Position numbers and translations under genes: made by a program
The notes under the pieces: generated by a model
Database searches by the model: none
The model's input: the letters and a program-made list of their open reading frames with translations, nothing else
What the model was told of the DNA's origin: nothing
DNA from: Tubiluchus corallicola
Taxonomy: Eukaryota > Animalia > Priapulida
Direction of reading: 5' to 3'
NCBI GenBank assembly: GCA_030141605.1
Contig: JAQGDQ010000044.1
Location: forward strand, 558,001 to 622,000
Length of the DNA: 64,000 nt
Part shown: piece by piece, positions 26,303 through 51,151 of the stretch
How the letters are laid out: each line of letters starts with the position of its first letter
Numbering within the stretch: the stretch's first letter is position 1

Positions 26303-26744
26303 CTGTGACGATGGGGGGTCCTTCTACGCCGTCGGCAACGAGTTTTCCTTCGATGACGATTTGCTTGTGATTGTTCACAAATTCCAGAGACTTGATTTTT
26401 TCGAAGGTGTATTTTTTTATGACCTTGTTGGGGGCACTCTTGCGTGCGTTGGCGCGCTTGCCGCCCCGCGTCCCCGCTTGTTGTTGTTGCTTGCGAGGAA
26501 CGGTGGTTAGAGGTTGTTTGAAATCCTGCAAGAGAAGAAGAACAATAGTTATAGTATTGTTGTTCGCTAACGACAACTAGGCATTTTTGATGAGCCATTC
26601 TTTCAGATTTCTAGGTTTTTTGGGGGCAGTGGGGGTGAGCACCATCGGCGGCGATGGAGGGGGCGTCGCGGAAATTACGAGTTTGTCTTCTTCTTTATCA
26701 TCATCTTTCTCCTCTTCCTCCTCCTCCTCTCGAAAGATGTCCAT
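26295..26744 (-). CDS. putative spliced small protein (acidic N-terminus, basic C-terminus), exons 26744-26679 and 26525-26295
   Basis: ATG at 26744 (MDIFREEEEEEEKDDDKEEDKL), donor CTC|GTAATT at 26678, strong acceptor TTGTTCTTCTTCTCTTGCAG at 26526. The join is in frame to DFKQPLTT...PPIVTDV*. The unspliced frame ends at 26577. Only the 3' part is present in the right arm (26835-27041). Confidence 0.45.
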
Positions 26745-27033
26745 TCGTGTCCCTCTCTCGCGTCTGCTTTTACACGGAGGGGCGGAGGTGCCGACGTCCG
26801 TGTCTGGCAGACTTCTTTCCGTCCAGTTTGTCCAGTTCCTCGCAAGCAACAACAACAAGCGGGGACGCGGGGCGGCAAGCGCGCCAACGCACGCAAGAGT
26901 GCCCCCAACAAGGTCATAAAAAAATACACCTTCGAAAAAATCAAGTCTCTGGAATTTGTGAACAATCACAAGCAAATCGTCATCGAAGGAAAACTCGTTG
27001 CCGACGGCGTAGAAGGACCCCCCATCGTCACAG

Positions 27034-27546
27034 ATGTCTGAATCGAGCATAGTTCTCACCGTAGATGCCTTCCAGTGCGGAAAAGAAGAATACCTGGTCA
27101 AAAATTTGGTAATTCGCGAAATAGAGACCGGCATATATCACAACTACACCTTCAAACCGCCCCACCCCTGGAATCGTGTTCCCCAGCACAAGCGATCCAC
27201 CTACAACTACCTAATCAGACACATACACGGCATCTCGTGGGAGGAGGGAATGATCGAGTACGCAGAATTGGAAAACATTCTACGACAGACCACCAGAGGC
27301 AGGATCACCTACGTCAAGGGAGCAGAGATGTACGATTTCGTCAAAAAACATCTCCCCAAAAATCGCGTGGTCATACGCGTAGAGGATCTGGAAAGCGACC
27401 ACCCGCCGCCCGCCATACGTTGGCAGAGCAACGGACGAGGCAGAGCGGTTCGGGCGTCCGAAACGATTGCCAACTATGTTCTAACGTGTCAGTCCAAACG
27501 GTCAACATCGTCGCCACGGCTTCGTTCTCGCAGCGCTTCGATCTGA
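27034..27546 (+). CDS. DnaQ/DEDD-like nuclease-fold protein (170 aa), right-arm copy
   Basis: Mirror of 25790-26302 with 3 aa differences (E/D, I/V, L/R). Start overlaps the upstream stop (ATGTCTGA). Confidence 0.65.
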   Translation: MSESSIVLTVDAFQCGKEEYLVKNLVIREIETGIYHNYTFKPPHPWNRVPQHKRSTYNYLIRHIHGISWEEGMIEYAELENILRQTTRGRITYVKGAEMYDFVKKHLPKNRVVIRVEDLESDHPPPAIRWQSNGRGRAVRASETIANYVLTCQSKRSTSSPRLRSRSASI

Positions 27547-28076
27547 ACGAACTCCGGCGGAGAACGGGCGGAAGACGCTACGAAAGAAAACCGCAAATGC
27601 TTCTGCTAAAGCGACTGGGCGGGACGCTGATGATTTTTGCCTCCGGCTCCGTGGTGGCCAACGGTTTTTCGGAGGAAAAAGTACTACGCAATGCGATCGA
27701 AGAACTCTCGAAAGGTCTCGGACTGACGCCCGCCGACGGGATCGCAATTCGCACCATCACCGCCAGAGCCAAAATTCGCTGCAGATTGAAACTGGGTGCA
27801 CTGTACGAAGAACTCGTTCGTCCTTCGACGCATTCTTTTAGAGAAGTGTTTTACGAAGTGGAACTATTTCCCAAACTAACTTGCAAATGCGAGCAAATTA
27901 CTCTGAACATTTTTCACACCGGAAGCATAATAATGATGGGCGGGACAAAGGTCGAGGATTTCTCTCACGTTTTCCGCAAATTTAACGAATTCGTTTTTAA
28001 CAACAATAACGTTTGTCTGTATCACATCGACGACGACGACGACAATCCATGTACTCGCTCGTCGTCATTAGTGTAG
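27480..28076 (+). CDS. TBP-fold protein, right-arm copy; 5' end unresolved
   Basis: Mirror of 25260-25856 with 5 aa differences, intact frame. AATAAA at ~28225. Confidence 0.8.
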   Translation, partial: SNVSVQTVNIVATASFSQRFDLNELRRRTGGRRYERKPQMLLLKRLGGTLMIFASGSVVANGFSEEKVLRNAIEELSKGLGLTPADGIAIRTITARAKIRCRLKLGALYEELVRPSTHSFREVFYEVELFPKLTCKCEQITLNIFHTGSIIMMGGTKVEDFSHVFRKFNEFVFNNNNVCLYHIDDDDDNPCTRSSSLV

Positions 28077-29492
28077 TTTTACTGTAATTTGCATAATTTG
28101 TGTAATTTGCGAAAAAAACGTAAAATGTAGAACTATCACGTCACCATAATAATAATAATAATCTAGTTTTAGCACGTATGTATTTTGCATAAAAAAATGT
28201 AAAAAAAATTTTTTGTAATCCATCAATAAAAAAGATTTGTGAAAATGCATTTATCGAACTTTGGCGTTTGAAATAAATCTCCACACACACACACACACAC
28301 ACACATCTAAACCCGCGAGAGAAGTGGTCGCGGAAAAGGGAGGGCACCCGAGAGAGAGAAGTGGTCGCGGAAAAGGGCCGGCACTGCGCGAGTGGGGGGG
28401 GGGAAGATTTCCCTCATTGCCTGCAATGGACGATTCCACGTGACGGAGGGGTGGGTTGCAGGGGGGGTGTCCCCGACCCCCGGGACGGACGTTTGCACGC
28501 GGCGGAGGGGTGGCAGGGGCTCGCCAATTAGCGCCAATTAGCACTAATTAGTCCTCGGCGGGAACTCCACTTCTCCCTTTTTCTTCGTTTGAGGCGCTTT
28601 TTACCTCGTTTCACACACTTTCACACGCTTTCGCGCACTTTCACACACTTTCACGCGCTTTCACACACTTTCACATGCTTTCGCGCGGTTTTGCGCGGTT
28701 TAAAATGGGGTGTCAAAAAAAGAAGCCATCCAGGGGTCAATGAACTTTGGTCACGTGACCTAGAGTTCAAGGTCATTCGATCCAAATGAAGCCATGCGGG
28801 AGGGAAAAACTGCAAAATTTTTACCTCGTTTCACACGCCTTTTCTTCGTTTTTCTTTGTTTTTCGCGCTTTTTCGTCGATTTCGGTCACGTGCGCACTTT
28901 CACACGGGTTTTCACACTTTTTTAGGGGTTTTCGCGGATTTTCGCACTTTTTTAGGGGTGTTTTTCCCCACCCCCCCGGGCAGCCAAAGGGGGGGTGGGG
29001 AAATCGGCCAGAGGCAAAACATCTATACTACTGAGGCCGAAATACCTGGGAAAGTTAAAGTTGTCCAAAAGTCCTGTAAGACCTTCACGACCTGGTAGAA
29101 CCAGTACTTGACAATAATTATTGAAATTATCTCTTTTACTGCATTTGTCACAGACTGGCAATGTTTAAAGCATGTGACGCAAATTGTGGCCTTCAACTAT
29201 AGGTGACAGTAGGAAATTGTAATAAAACCCATCGACCTGTTTTTGTGACTTGATTATAGCTTTTTAATATAAGGCTTAGTTCTAAAAATCCTAACGTTGA
29301 TTGGGATAATATGTACAAAACATCCAGGTTACAGAATTCTTGAGATTCGAACACCAAACTATCACTGTCCGTTTGTTTTGGATTTTTTTTTGTAAAAAAT
29401 AAACCAAAACAGGTACACCAGGGGAAAGTAATTTTTGTTATTATAATGGTTATTCTCGCGGTGATTTCCAAATAGTTGTTTTCTTTTTATAG

Positions 29493-43595
<14,103 letters not shown>

Positions 43596-43699
43596 ACAGA
43601 TTAATTTTTGATGTAAACTGTCTGTGATGAGATATGTAAATAAATTTTATTGTTCAGTAAAACAGTAGCTTTTAATTGGCTTTTTTCCTTTTTAACTTA

Positions 43700-44388
43700 T
43701 TGTTCAAACTAGCGATATTATAATCAATATTGCACATGCAAAAGCATTAAAAGAACCTTTCTAAGATGATTAGCACTATTGGCACTAATTGGGAACTCTT
43801 CGCTCTCCGTTTACTAAATGTAGTGTTCGGCTAACTTCGTTTATTTTTAGATACAAATTGTCTCAAACAAGGCCATTAGCTACTCAGGGAAAGAGTTACA
43901 ATAGGAGTGGAAATATGAGTACATTTCCAGAACAAAAGTATTCTTGTAAGTTGAAAGGGAAACAATTTTATAGCAGGAGGTTTCACTGATAACTTGTGCA
44001 TACACAGTCCATTTGAAGAGTTCCACTATTACCTGGTATAGACTGGAAAGCGAAGTTGACAAAGCACGCAGAAAAATATTATCATTGGTAGAGCATTCCA
44101 AGCTAACGGATATTCTTGAAAACTTTAGATTTCCTTGGAAATCAAATCTCACAGTTTTCCGTCATCTGCAGAAGCTGTATTCCTCATATCTGTATAACCT
44201 CAAAGGCCTGTCTCCAAGAGGTGGATCTCGTGGGACTCATCGATACTTATAGCCCCTTTTTGCCCTTCATTCCAATGCAGAAATCGAAGTTTTAACAATG
44301 AGGAGATCATCCTTGTCAATGGCGGTTCCGATCTTTTAGAACTGGCGACCATTTCAAATACACTTGTGGGAAAATCACCAGTGTTATG

Positions 44389-44439
<51 letters not shown>

Positions 44440-44960
44440 ATGCGTGTGTCCAAAATCTTTCAACCAAGAGCTGTGTGTGTGCGTGCGTACGTGCGTGCGT
44501 GTGTATGTCCAAAATCTTTCAACCAAGAGCCGTTGAATTTAACAAAATTCACTAACTGGAATAGTCAATAGAGTGATATAATTCACAAGTACTGCTGAGA
44601 TGAACTAATAGATCATGCGACTACAATACTGCAAAACTATCCGCTTGTTACAGAATAATTTTTTCGAAAGCTCACAATGACTTGGTCAAACCTAACATTA
44701 AAATTTCGTCTTCTGTCTGGATCCTCAGGACTTTTTCTTCTGTCTTTTTGAATTGTCTTTCACAAAGCCAGTTCAGTCAAATTCTGTAGATGTTTCATGA
44801 AATCGCGCGTTTGTGTTTGAAGCAACCCTTCCCTATTCAGAATATGCTGGCCGACAGTATGGCTTCAAACAGTTCCATAAGATCAGAGAGTTATTCAACG
44901 TGTTGGGTTTTGCAAGGTTACACGTGTATGATACAGATTTCTTGTGACGTATCAGCACGA
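43700..44960 (-). mobile_element. possible highly degraded hAT transposase relic
   Basis: Broken minus-strand peptides LMELFEAILS, SPEDPDRRRNFNVRFDQVIVSF and PISANSA..ERFF are reminiscent of hAT motifs (PVSSASAERSFS). Many stops. Confidence 0.3.
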
Positions 44961-45314
44961 CGAATAGGCCACCAATACCAGGTAAGAATTAAACATTTTG
45001 TAAATTAATTTCTCCCAATTTTCATTTACAGAATTTTGTAGTTTGTAAATTTTTGGAAAATTTGTTGATCGTGTTCACACTTATAAAAAAAGTTTTCATG
45101 AAATTATATATTCATTGCATTATAGCTACTGTAGTCTCAGTGTATTTCAAGAAATTAAGATTACGTGTATTTTAGAAGTGAACTAAGTTTTACACCTAAA
45201 TGTTAGTGGATTCTCACCTAGCATTAACGATAACCTACCATTTCTCTAGTTAACGTGCATTGTAGAACAACTTTAAAAAACGTTTTTTATTTGCCATCTG
45301 ACAAAAACGTTTTT

Positions 45315-47663
45315 AGTGTGCATGTCACGTTTAATTTTAGGTTATTGAGGCAAACATCACTTAGACTAGTACAGCAGTTTTTATTCGTTAATTTATAAAA
45401 GAGGTATATTTAAACTTTAGTCAATTATATTCAAAACATTAACGCAGTTACGTACTTAAGGCCTAAACTAATTGTAAGAGAGAAATTTTTAGACGATGCC
45501 ACTGCATACATAAACCATAGGGAATACAGTAATATCAAATTTAATTATCGTCTTTTTATTCAGATTTTCAATTTAGAATAAACACTTGGCACTCACGACC
45601 AAGTGGTCACTAAGCTAACTGTGTTAAACCAATGACACACGGCCGCCAAAACACACAAACCCGCCGACGTCGGCCATGATAACTCTCCTTAACAGGGCTG
45701 TCTCTCCCATTAATGCAAACCAGGCAGTTGCGCAGGGCACCAAATTTTGGTTGGCGTCAAATTCTGGAAGTAATTATTTCATTTTGAAGTTTAGCTTAAG
45801 TAATAACATAGCGTATGTGTAATAACATAGCTTAAGTAATAACATTGTGTATGTGTAATAACATAGCTTAAGTAATAAAATTGTGTATGTGTAATACCAT
45901 AGCTTAAGTAATAACATTGTGTATGTGTAACATAGATTAAGTAATAGCATTGTGTATGTGTAGTAATATAGCTTAAGTAATAACATTGTGTATGTGTAAT
46001 AACATAGCTTAAGTAATAACATTGTGTATGTGTAATAATATAGCTTAAGTAATAACATTGTGTATGTGTAATAACATAGCTTAAGTAATAACATTGTGTA
46101 TGTGTAATAATATAGCTTAAGTAATAACATAGCGTATGTGTAATAACATAGCTTAAGTAATAACATTGTGTATGTGTAATAATATAGCTTAAGTAATAAC
46201 ATAGCGTATGTGTAATAACATAGCTTAAGTAATAACATTGTGTATGTGTAATAATATAGTTTAAGTAATAACATTGTGTATGTGTAATAATATAGCTTAA
46301 GTAATAACATTGTGTATGTGTAATAACATAGATTAAGTAATAACATTGTGTATGTGTAATAACATAGATTAAGTAATAACATTGTGTATGTGTAATAACA
46401 TAGCTTAAGTAACAACATAGCGTATGTGTAATTCTTTAAGTGCGCAACACTAATCAAACGAAACGAACCATAATCTTTCTGTCGAAATGGATAATTCATC
46501 GATGCTAGGAAGTTAATTCCTACAGCAAAACACTTTCTAGTTTAGTTTTATTTGTATTTCTAAGATTACATCATTCCACTCAGACATTTCTTGCGCGTGA
46601 TTTTGCAAGCATTTTCTATTCTATGCATCGAGCAGCCTCGCTACGTAAGTGCTTATTGTAATGACCCTTACGTTAATAAACACTTCTTTCTATAGCATTT
46701 GTCTAATTATGCCAAATAAACTTACAAGAGTCGAAGTGTTTAGGAGCGGAATTATACAGGAAATGAAAAGCAAGAAAGCTAGCGGGTGACGGGTGGCGGG
46801 TGGCGACAATGAACAGCAGAAAGATTCGCCAGTGAAGCATTTGCAACAAAACCAGAGTTATGAAGCAGATGAAGCTAGTGAAATGGATGTACACGAAGAA
46901 AGAAGTTAAAGTTTCAAGGATTTCCTGACGAATAGCTGAGGGAAAATCTAAACAAGAAGAGCTGAAATCACAGAAATTTGATTGCTCCTGTAATAGGGTT
47001 ATAAAGTCAGTTTCAAATTTAGTCAACACAATACAAGCTGTAGATAGGTAATTGACCACACTTAATTAGTTCACTATCACACATGCATAAGTCTAACACA
47101 CAGGTACCATTATACTTTATTATAATATCATACAAGAAAAATTCAAATTTGCTGATGCTGTGTGAACCGGGGTGGAAGGGGTTGACCGTTGTTCAAATTC
47201 CGTCAACACAGCACAAACTGTAGATCTATCACACATGCATAAGCCTAACGCACAGGTAGCATTATACTTTACTATAATATTATACAAGAAAAATTCAATT
47301 TTGCGGGTGCTGTGTGGACCGTGGAAGGGGTTGACCGTTGAAGAGGGGGCGCTAAAACTAATTTTCCCTAAGGCCTACTAAGGAAAATTGTGTTAGCCAT
47401 GACCCCTTAGATCTGAATAAAAAGACGATACTTCAATTTGATATTACTGTACACCACATGGTTTATGTATGTATTTTAAATTTCTCTCATGCAATTAGCT
47501 TAGGTCTTAAGTACGTAATTGCGTTAATGTTTCGAACAGACATCAAAAATAATTCACTAAGAGTTTAAATATACCTGTTTTATAAATTAATAAATAAATA
47601 CTGCTGTACTAGTCCAAGTGATTTTTGCCTCTGTAATTTAAAATTAAACGTGATATGCACACT
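45315..47663. repeat. ~250-bp diverged inverted repeat pair (45315-45565 / 47410-47663) enclosing ~1.85 kb
   Basis: For example AGTGTGCATGTCACGTTTAATTTT pairs with AAAATTAAACGTGATATGCACACT, and TATCGTCTTTTTATTCAGAT pairs with ATCTGAATAAAAAGACGATA. Confidence 0.75.
45792..46431. repeat. 36-bp minisatellite (AGCTTAAGTAATAACATTGTGTATGTGTAATAACAT), ~18 copies
   Basis: Tandem array seen directly. Confidence 0.95.
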
Positions 47664-49560
47664 CAGACTACCTAGAGCCCACCCTGCTCGTTAAATTATA
47701 GAAGCCATTGAAAAGATTCACACTTGTGAAACTACTAGCTGTTCGCGTCTGTAGTGTAATGTAACTACAAAAACTTATAAATTAAGTATCTTAGCGCATT
47801 ATATCGTTGTATGTAAAAATGTCCTACCGAAGAGAGACACTGCCAGTTCAAGCATTTTTCGTTCTTTGATTTGATACAGTGAGTTATCATTGATAGACGG
47901 TGCTATACTTAATTTCTCTAAGGAAAAAGCCAGAAAGGCACTTAGTATATATGCTAAACAGTCCGTTCATCGCTTATGTTTTCCTTTATTGCTATTTTGA
48001 TGATTGCTGTTCATTGCTAGTTTTGCTGCTAGCTAAAATACTCGTGTTTATCTAACTGTCTTTCATGTTTGGCATCAAAATTTCATCAATTGTTGGTTTT
48101 TTCCATCCTTAAAGGAAGACAGGGTGATTTTTTTATATACCAGCCCATTTCAAGTCCGATAAAAGGGATACATTTTAACACAATTAATACCGCAAAAGTA
48201 GTTCTCATAATTAAATAATAGATTAAAAATTTAATTAACGGCGGGCTAGCCCACCTATTGATGACATCACCAATTAACATAATTTTCAAAGGCAAAAATA
48301 CTCCACTAGCTTGTTTGAACTGTTTGAAAAGTACAGTGGTATTCAGTGTGTTGTATCAAAGCAAGGCAAGTTTTAATATAAAAATTCAAATTTCAGAATA
48401 AGTGCTGTGCTCACGCATGAGCTGTCGAATGTTTGTAGTTCGTCGCAAACTAACGCATCTGAACAGAGAGGCACAGCACCTGTTTTTTGTGCATTGCGTT
48501 TCTGAAATGCAGGCGCTAGTGCCCGTCTAGCTAACGAATGGCGAAATGCATGTAACAGCGAAGAACTAGTGGCGCGAACGTGAAATTGTATTTCTGGGGT
48601 ATTAATTATTTCACGTAAGTCATTTTTGAAAAAAAGAGTATGTTTCCTTTCAATATTTTAAAGAGTAGATTGTTTTGACCTACAGTTTAAGATTAGGCCT
48701 GGTTTTACTTTAATAATAATAATCTTGATTCTAGTTACTCAATTAAGTCATTAATTTTCCACAGAAATTTCAGGATCAAAATTGATGTTAATTGTTAGAT
48801 TCACTCCAGTGTAAGAGGTCTAACAGTGGAAATGCTGAAATTAGTTTACCAAACAAAAAGAATGAACTTTGGGCTGCTTTAATCATTGGAAATAGGGAAA
48901 TAGGGAGACAAAATCCAGGCTGTATCCCATCTATTTTCAAATTTCCTGTCTCTGGGCTTTAGTATCAAAATTTAATTTACTGTATCTTTGTTCCATCATT
49001 CATGTTCTGTCATTGTTTTAATTTTGTCGGAAAAATTTATTTGACCCAACATCTTGGTCTGTGGATAGTTTTTTCCTAGAAACGGAGAAGGGTTTTTATG
49101 GGATATGAAAAAGGGTGGTTATATTTTCACTGTTTGTGACGTTTTTCTGCCTAGACCCGAAGTCTCATTTTCATTTTCTTTTCGGGACTGTGCAGTGATT
49201 GTAAAATGCTTAGCAAGAAAAACATTTTTACGTTTTAATTTGGTTTTCCCACAAAAATAAATCTGTGTATACGAGTTACGTGCCTATTCCGACAGAACTA
49301 TAACTACAATGTATTACCGGTTTATTTCCTAAACGCTATTTCGCCAACTTAAACATCGAAATTTTAAGTTTCGAAGTTTTACAAACGACGAGTAAAATCA
49401 TCAGCAATACAAGTGCACTAATTCTCAGATTATTTTCCCACTAAACTGTGAATTTTACTCTTGTTGTTGGAGTGTGTCCCATTCTTTTGTGCTTGCTAAA
49501 CTATTTTGGGATAAATTGCGCTAAGCATTCTTTCATGTAAGTCATTTTTGAAAAAAAATA

Positions 49561-49797
49561 GTATGTGTCCTTTTAATATTTTAAAGAGTAGATTGTTTTG
49601 ACCTACAGTTTAAGATTGGGTCCGGTTTTACTTTATATAGTATGTTTCCTTTCAATATTTTAAAGAGTAGATTGTTTTGACCTACAGTTTAAGATTGGGT
49701 CCGGTTTTACTTTATATAGTATGTTTCCTTTCAATATTTTAACGAGTAGATTGTTTTGACCTACAGTTTAAGATTGGGTCCGGTTTTTACTTTATAT
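49561..49797. repeat. 79-bp tandem triplication immediately upstream of the chitinase start exon
   Basis: Units start at 49561, 49640 and 49719; the unit is the end of the dispersed repeat at ~48638-48712. Confidence 0.9.
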
Positions 49798-49926
49798 TAT
49801 ACTTTATATATTTTACTTTAATTTATAACACGGAATTATATAGAATAATTTTTGCTTGCATTACAATTTTTTTCTACTAATGATTGATAACTAACGATCA
49901 TGAAAATACTCGATTATTTTTGCAGT

Positions 49927-51105
49927 ATGCAGGGGATAGGTGTTTGCCTGGTATTGGTATTACTGGCAGGACTATCATCTACTGAAACTCAGCCAGGTAA
50001 GTATTAATTTGGTTTCACATTTTAAATACAGTTTGACGTCGGTTAGTTAAATTATTTCGCCATTATTAGGTGTAAGACATTAAGAAAATGAACATATCTG
50101 TATCTCTATAAGTTCAGCAGTTGTTTCACTGATTGTTTGATTGGTTTTTTTCAACATGAAATTTTGACAGCAAATGTCTGGAGAATCTTAATTAACGCTG
50201 GCGCAATTTTTGGCAAATTCTTTTTTTCATTTACGGTTTGTGTGGGATTTTGATAAAAGTAAATCAAATGTTATTGATATGAACCTTTGTTTCCGTGCCT
50301 GTGCCGTTAATGAAACACCATTGTTTAGTAGCCAAATTAGCGATGTTACTATGTTTTAAATGTGTTAATCAGAATTTAACAATCCATTGCGATTCCTTCC
50401 ATCTACGATTAACAGCTATCTGTTGGTGAGCATAAACCGCAATCGTTTGTTAAATTCTTTGTTTTCACACTACAATCAAAGACTAATTATCCAAAACACC
50501 ATATTATGGTTAGGTAATTAGTAATTACAGTAAACAGTTAAGTGTAAGTAAACTAACAGTTCCCTTGGTTGGTGACCTAATATTATGCAATAATGAACGC
50601 TAATCCTAAAGAATTTTAAGATACTTTTCTTTCAACTCTTTTTTTTCATAACTAAACATACATGTTTATCCACTTTTGCTAGCTTCAAGCGGAAAATTAA
50701 TTTTTTTTCTTCCTTTGACTCTAGGTCCTCATAATATTAATTTTAAATACGTAAAGGTTAAATTATTATTAAAAGATAGGCACGTGTGTCTCTTCTTTCC
50801 CATTATTGAACATTATTTTATTATAAACTAACACATTCGTATAACGTTCAATTTTCATTCGTCTTAAATGCAAAATCTGATAATTTTTTATTATCTGATA
50901 CATGCGCATTAACTAATTAATTATATTAGTAACAATTCTGAGAGGGTGGCTGACCTCGATGACTTATAGTTCTTTCGCCACCCTTTCACCACTAATCAAT
51001 AATTACTTTTGCACTTTGTAATGTTGTATTATTGTATGTTGTATAGATTTATAAATCTGTTAGTTATGTATTTTGCTATTTTAAAAATGGTGATAAACTA
51101 ATAAA

Positions 51106-51151
<46 letters not shown>

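Larger units (their letters stand above)
24214..29032. mobile_element. 4.8-kb palindromic virus-like element, probably a Polinton/Maverick-derived non-autonomous foldback
   Basis: Arms 24214-26501 and 26835-29032 are reverse complements around a 333-bp spacer. Termini AGTAGGATAGATGTT... and ...AACATCTATACTACT. GC/CpG-rich versus host, with subterminal tandem repeats and dense overlapping ORFs. No integrase, pPolB or capsid gene and no clear TSD. The palindrome is certain; the Polinton affiliation is inferred. Confidence 0.8.

Noticed and set aside
27075-27479. Track start of the 333-aa ORFs (also 26261)
   Set aside because: The start is GTG, not a normal eukaryotic initiator; the N-terminal 135 aa may be only the shadow frame of the nuclease ORF (kept as an open question in findings).
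24214-29032. Palindrome as an assembly or read foldback artefact
   Set aside because: The arms differ by CpG-type substitutions and indels, end at defined AGTAG termini, and host flanks are not mirrored. Long-read confirmation is still advisable.
45774-46499. 241-aa ORF of YYTYTMLLLKLC repeats
   Set aside because: Translation of a 36-bp minisatellite; no other coding evidence.
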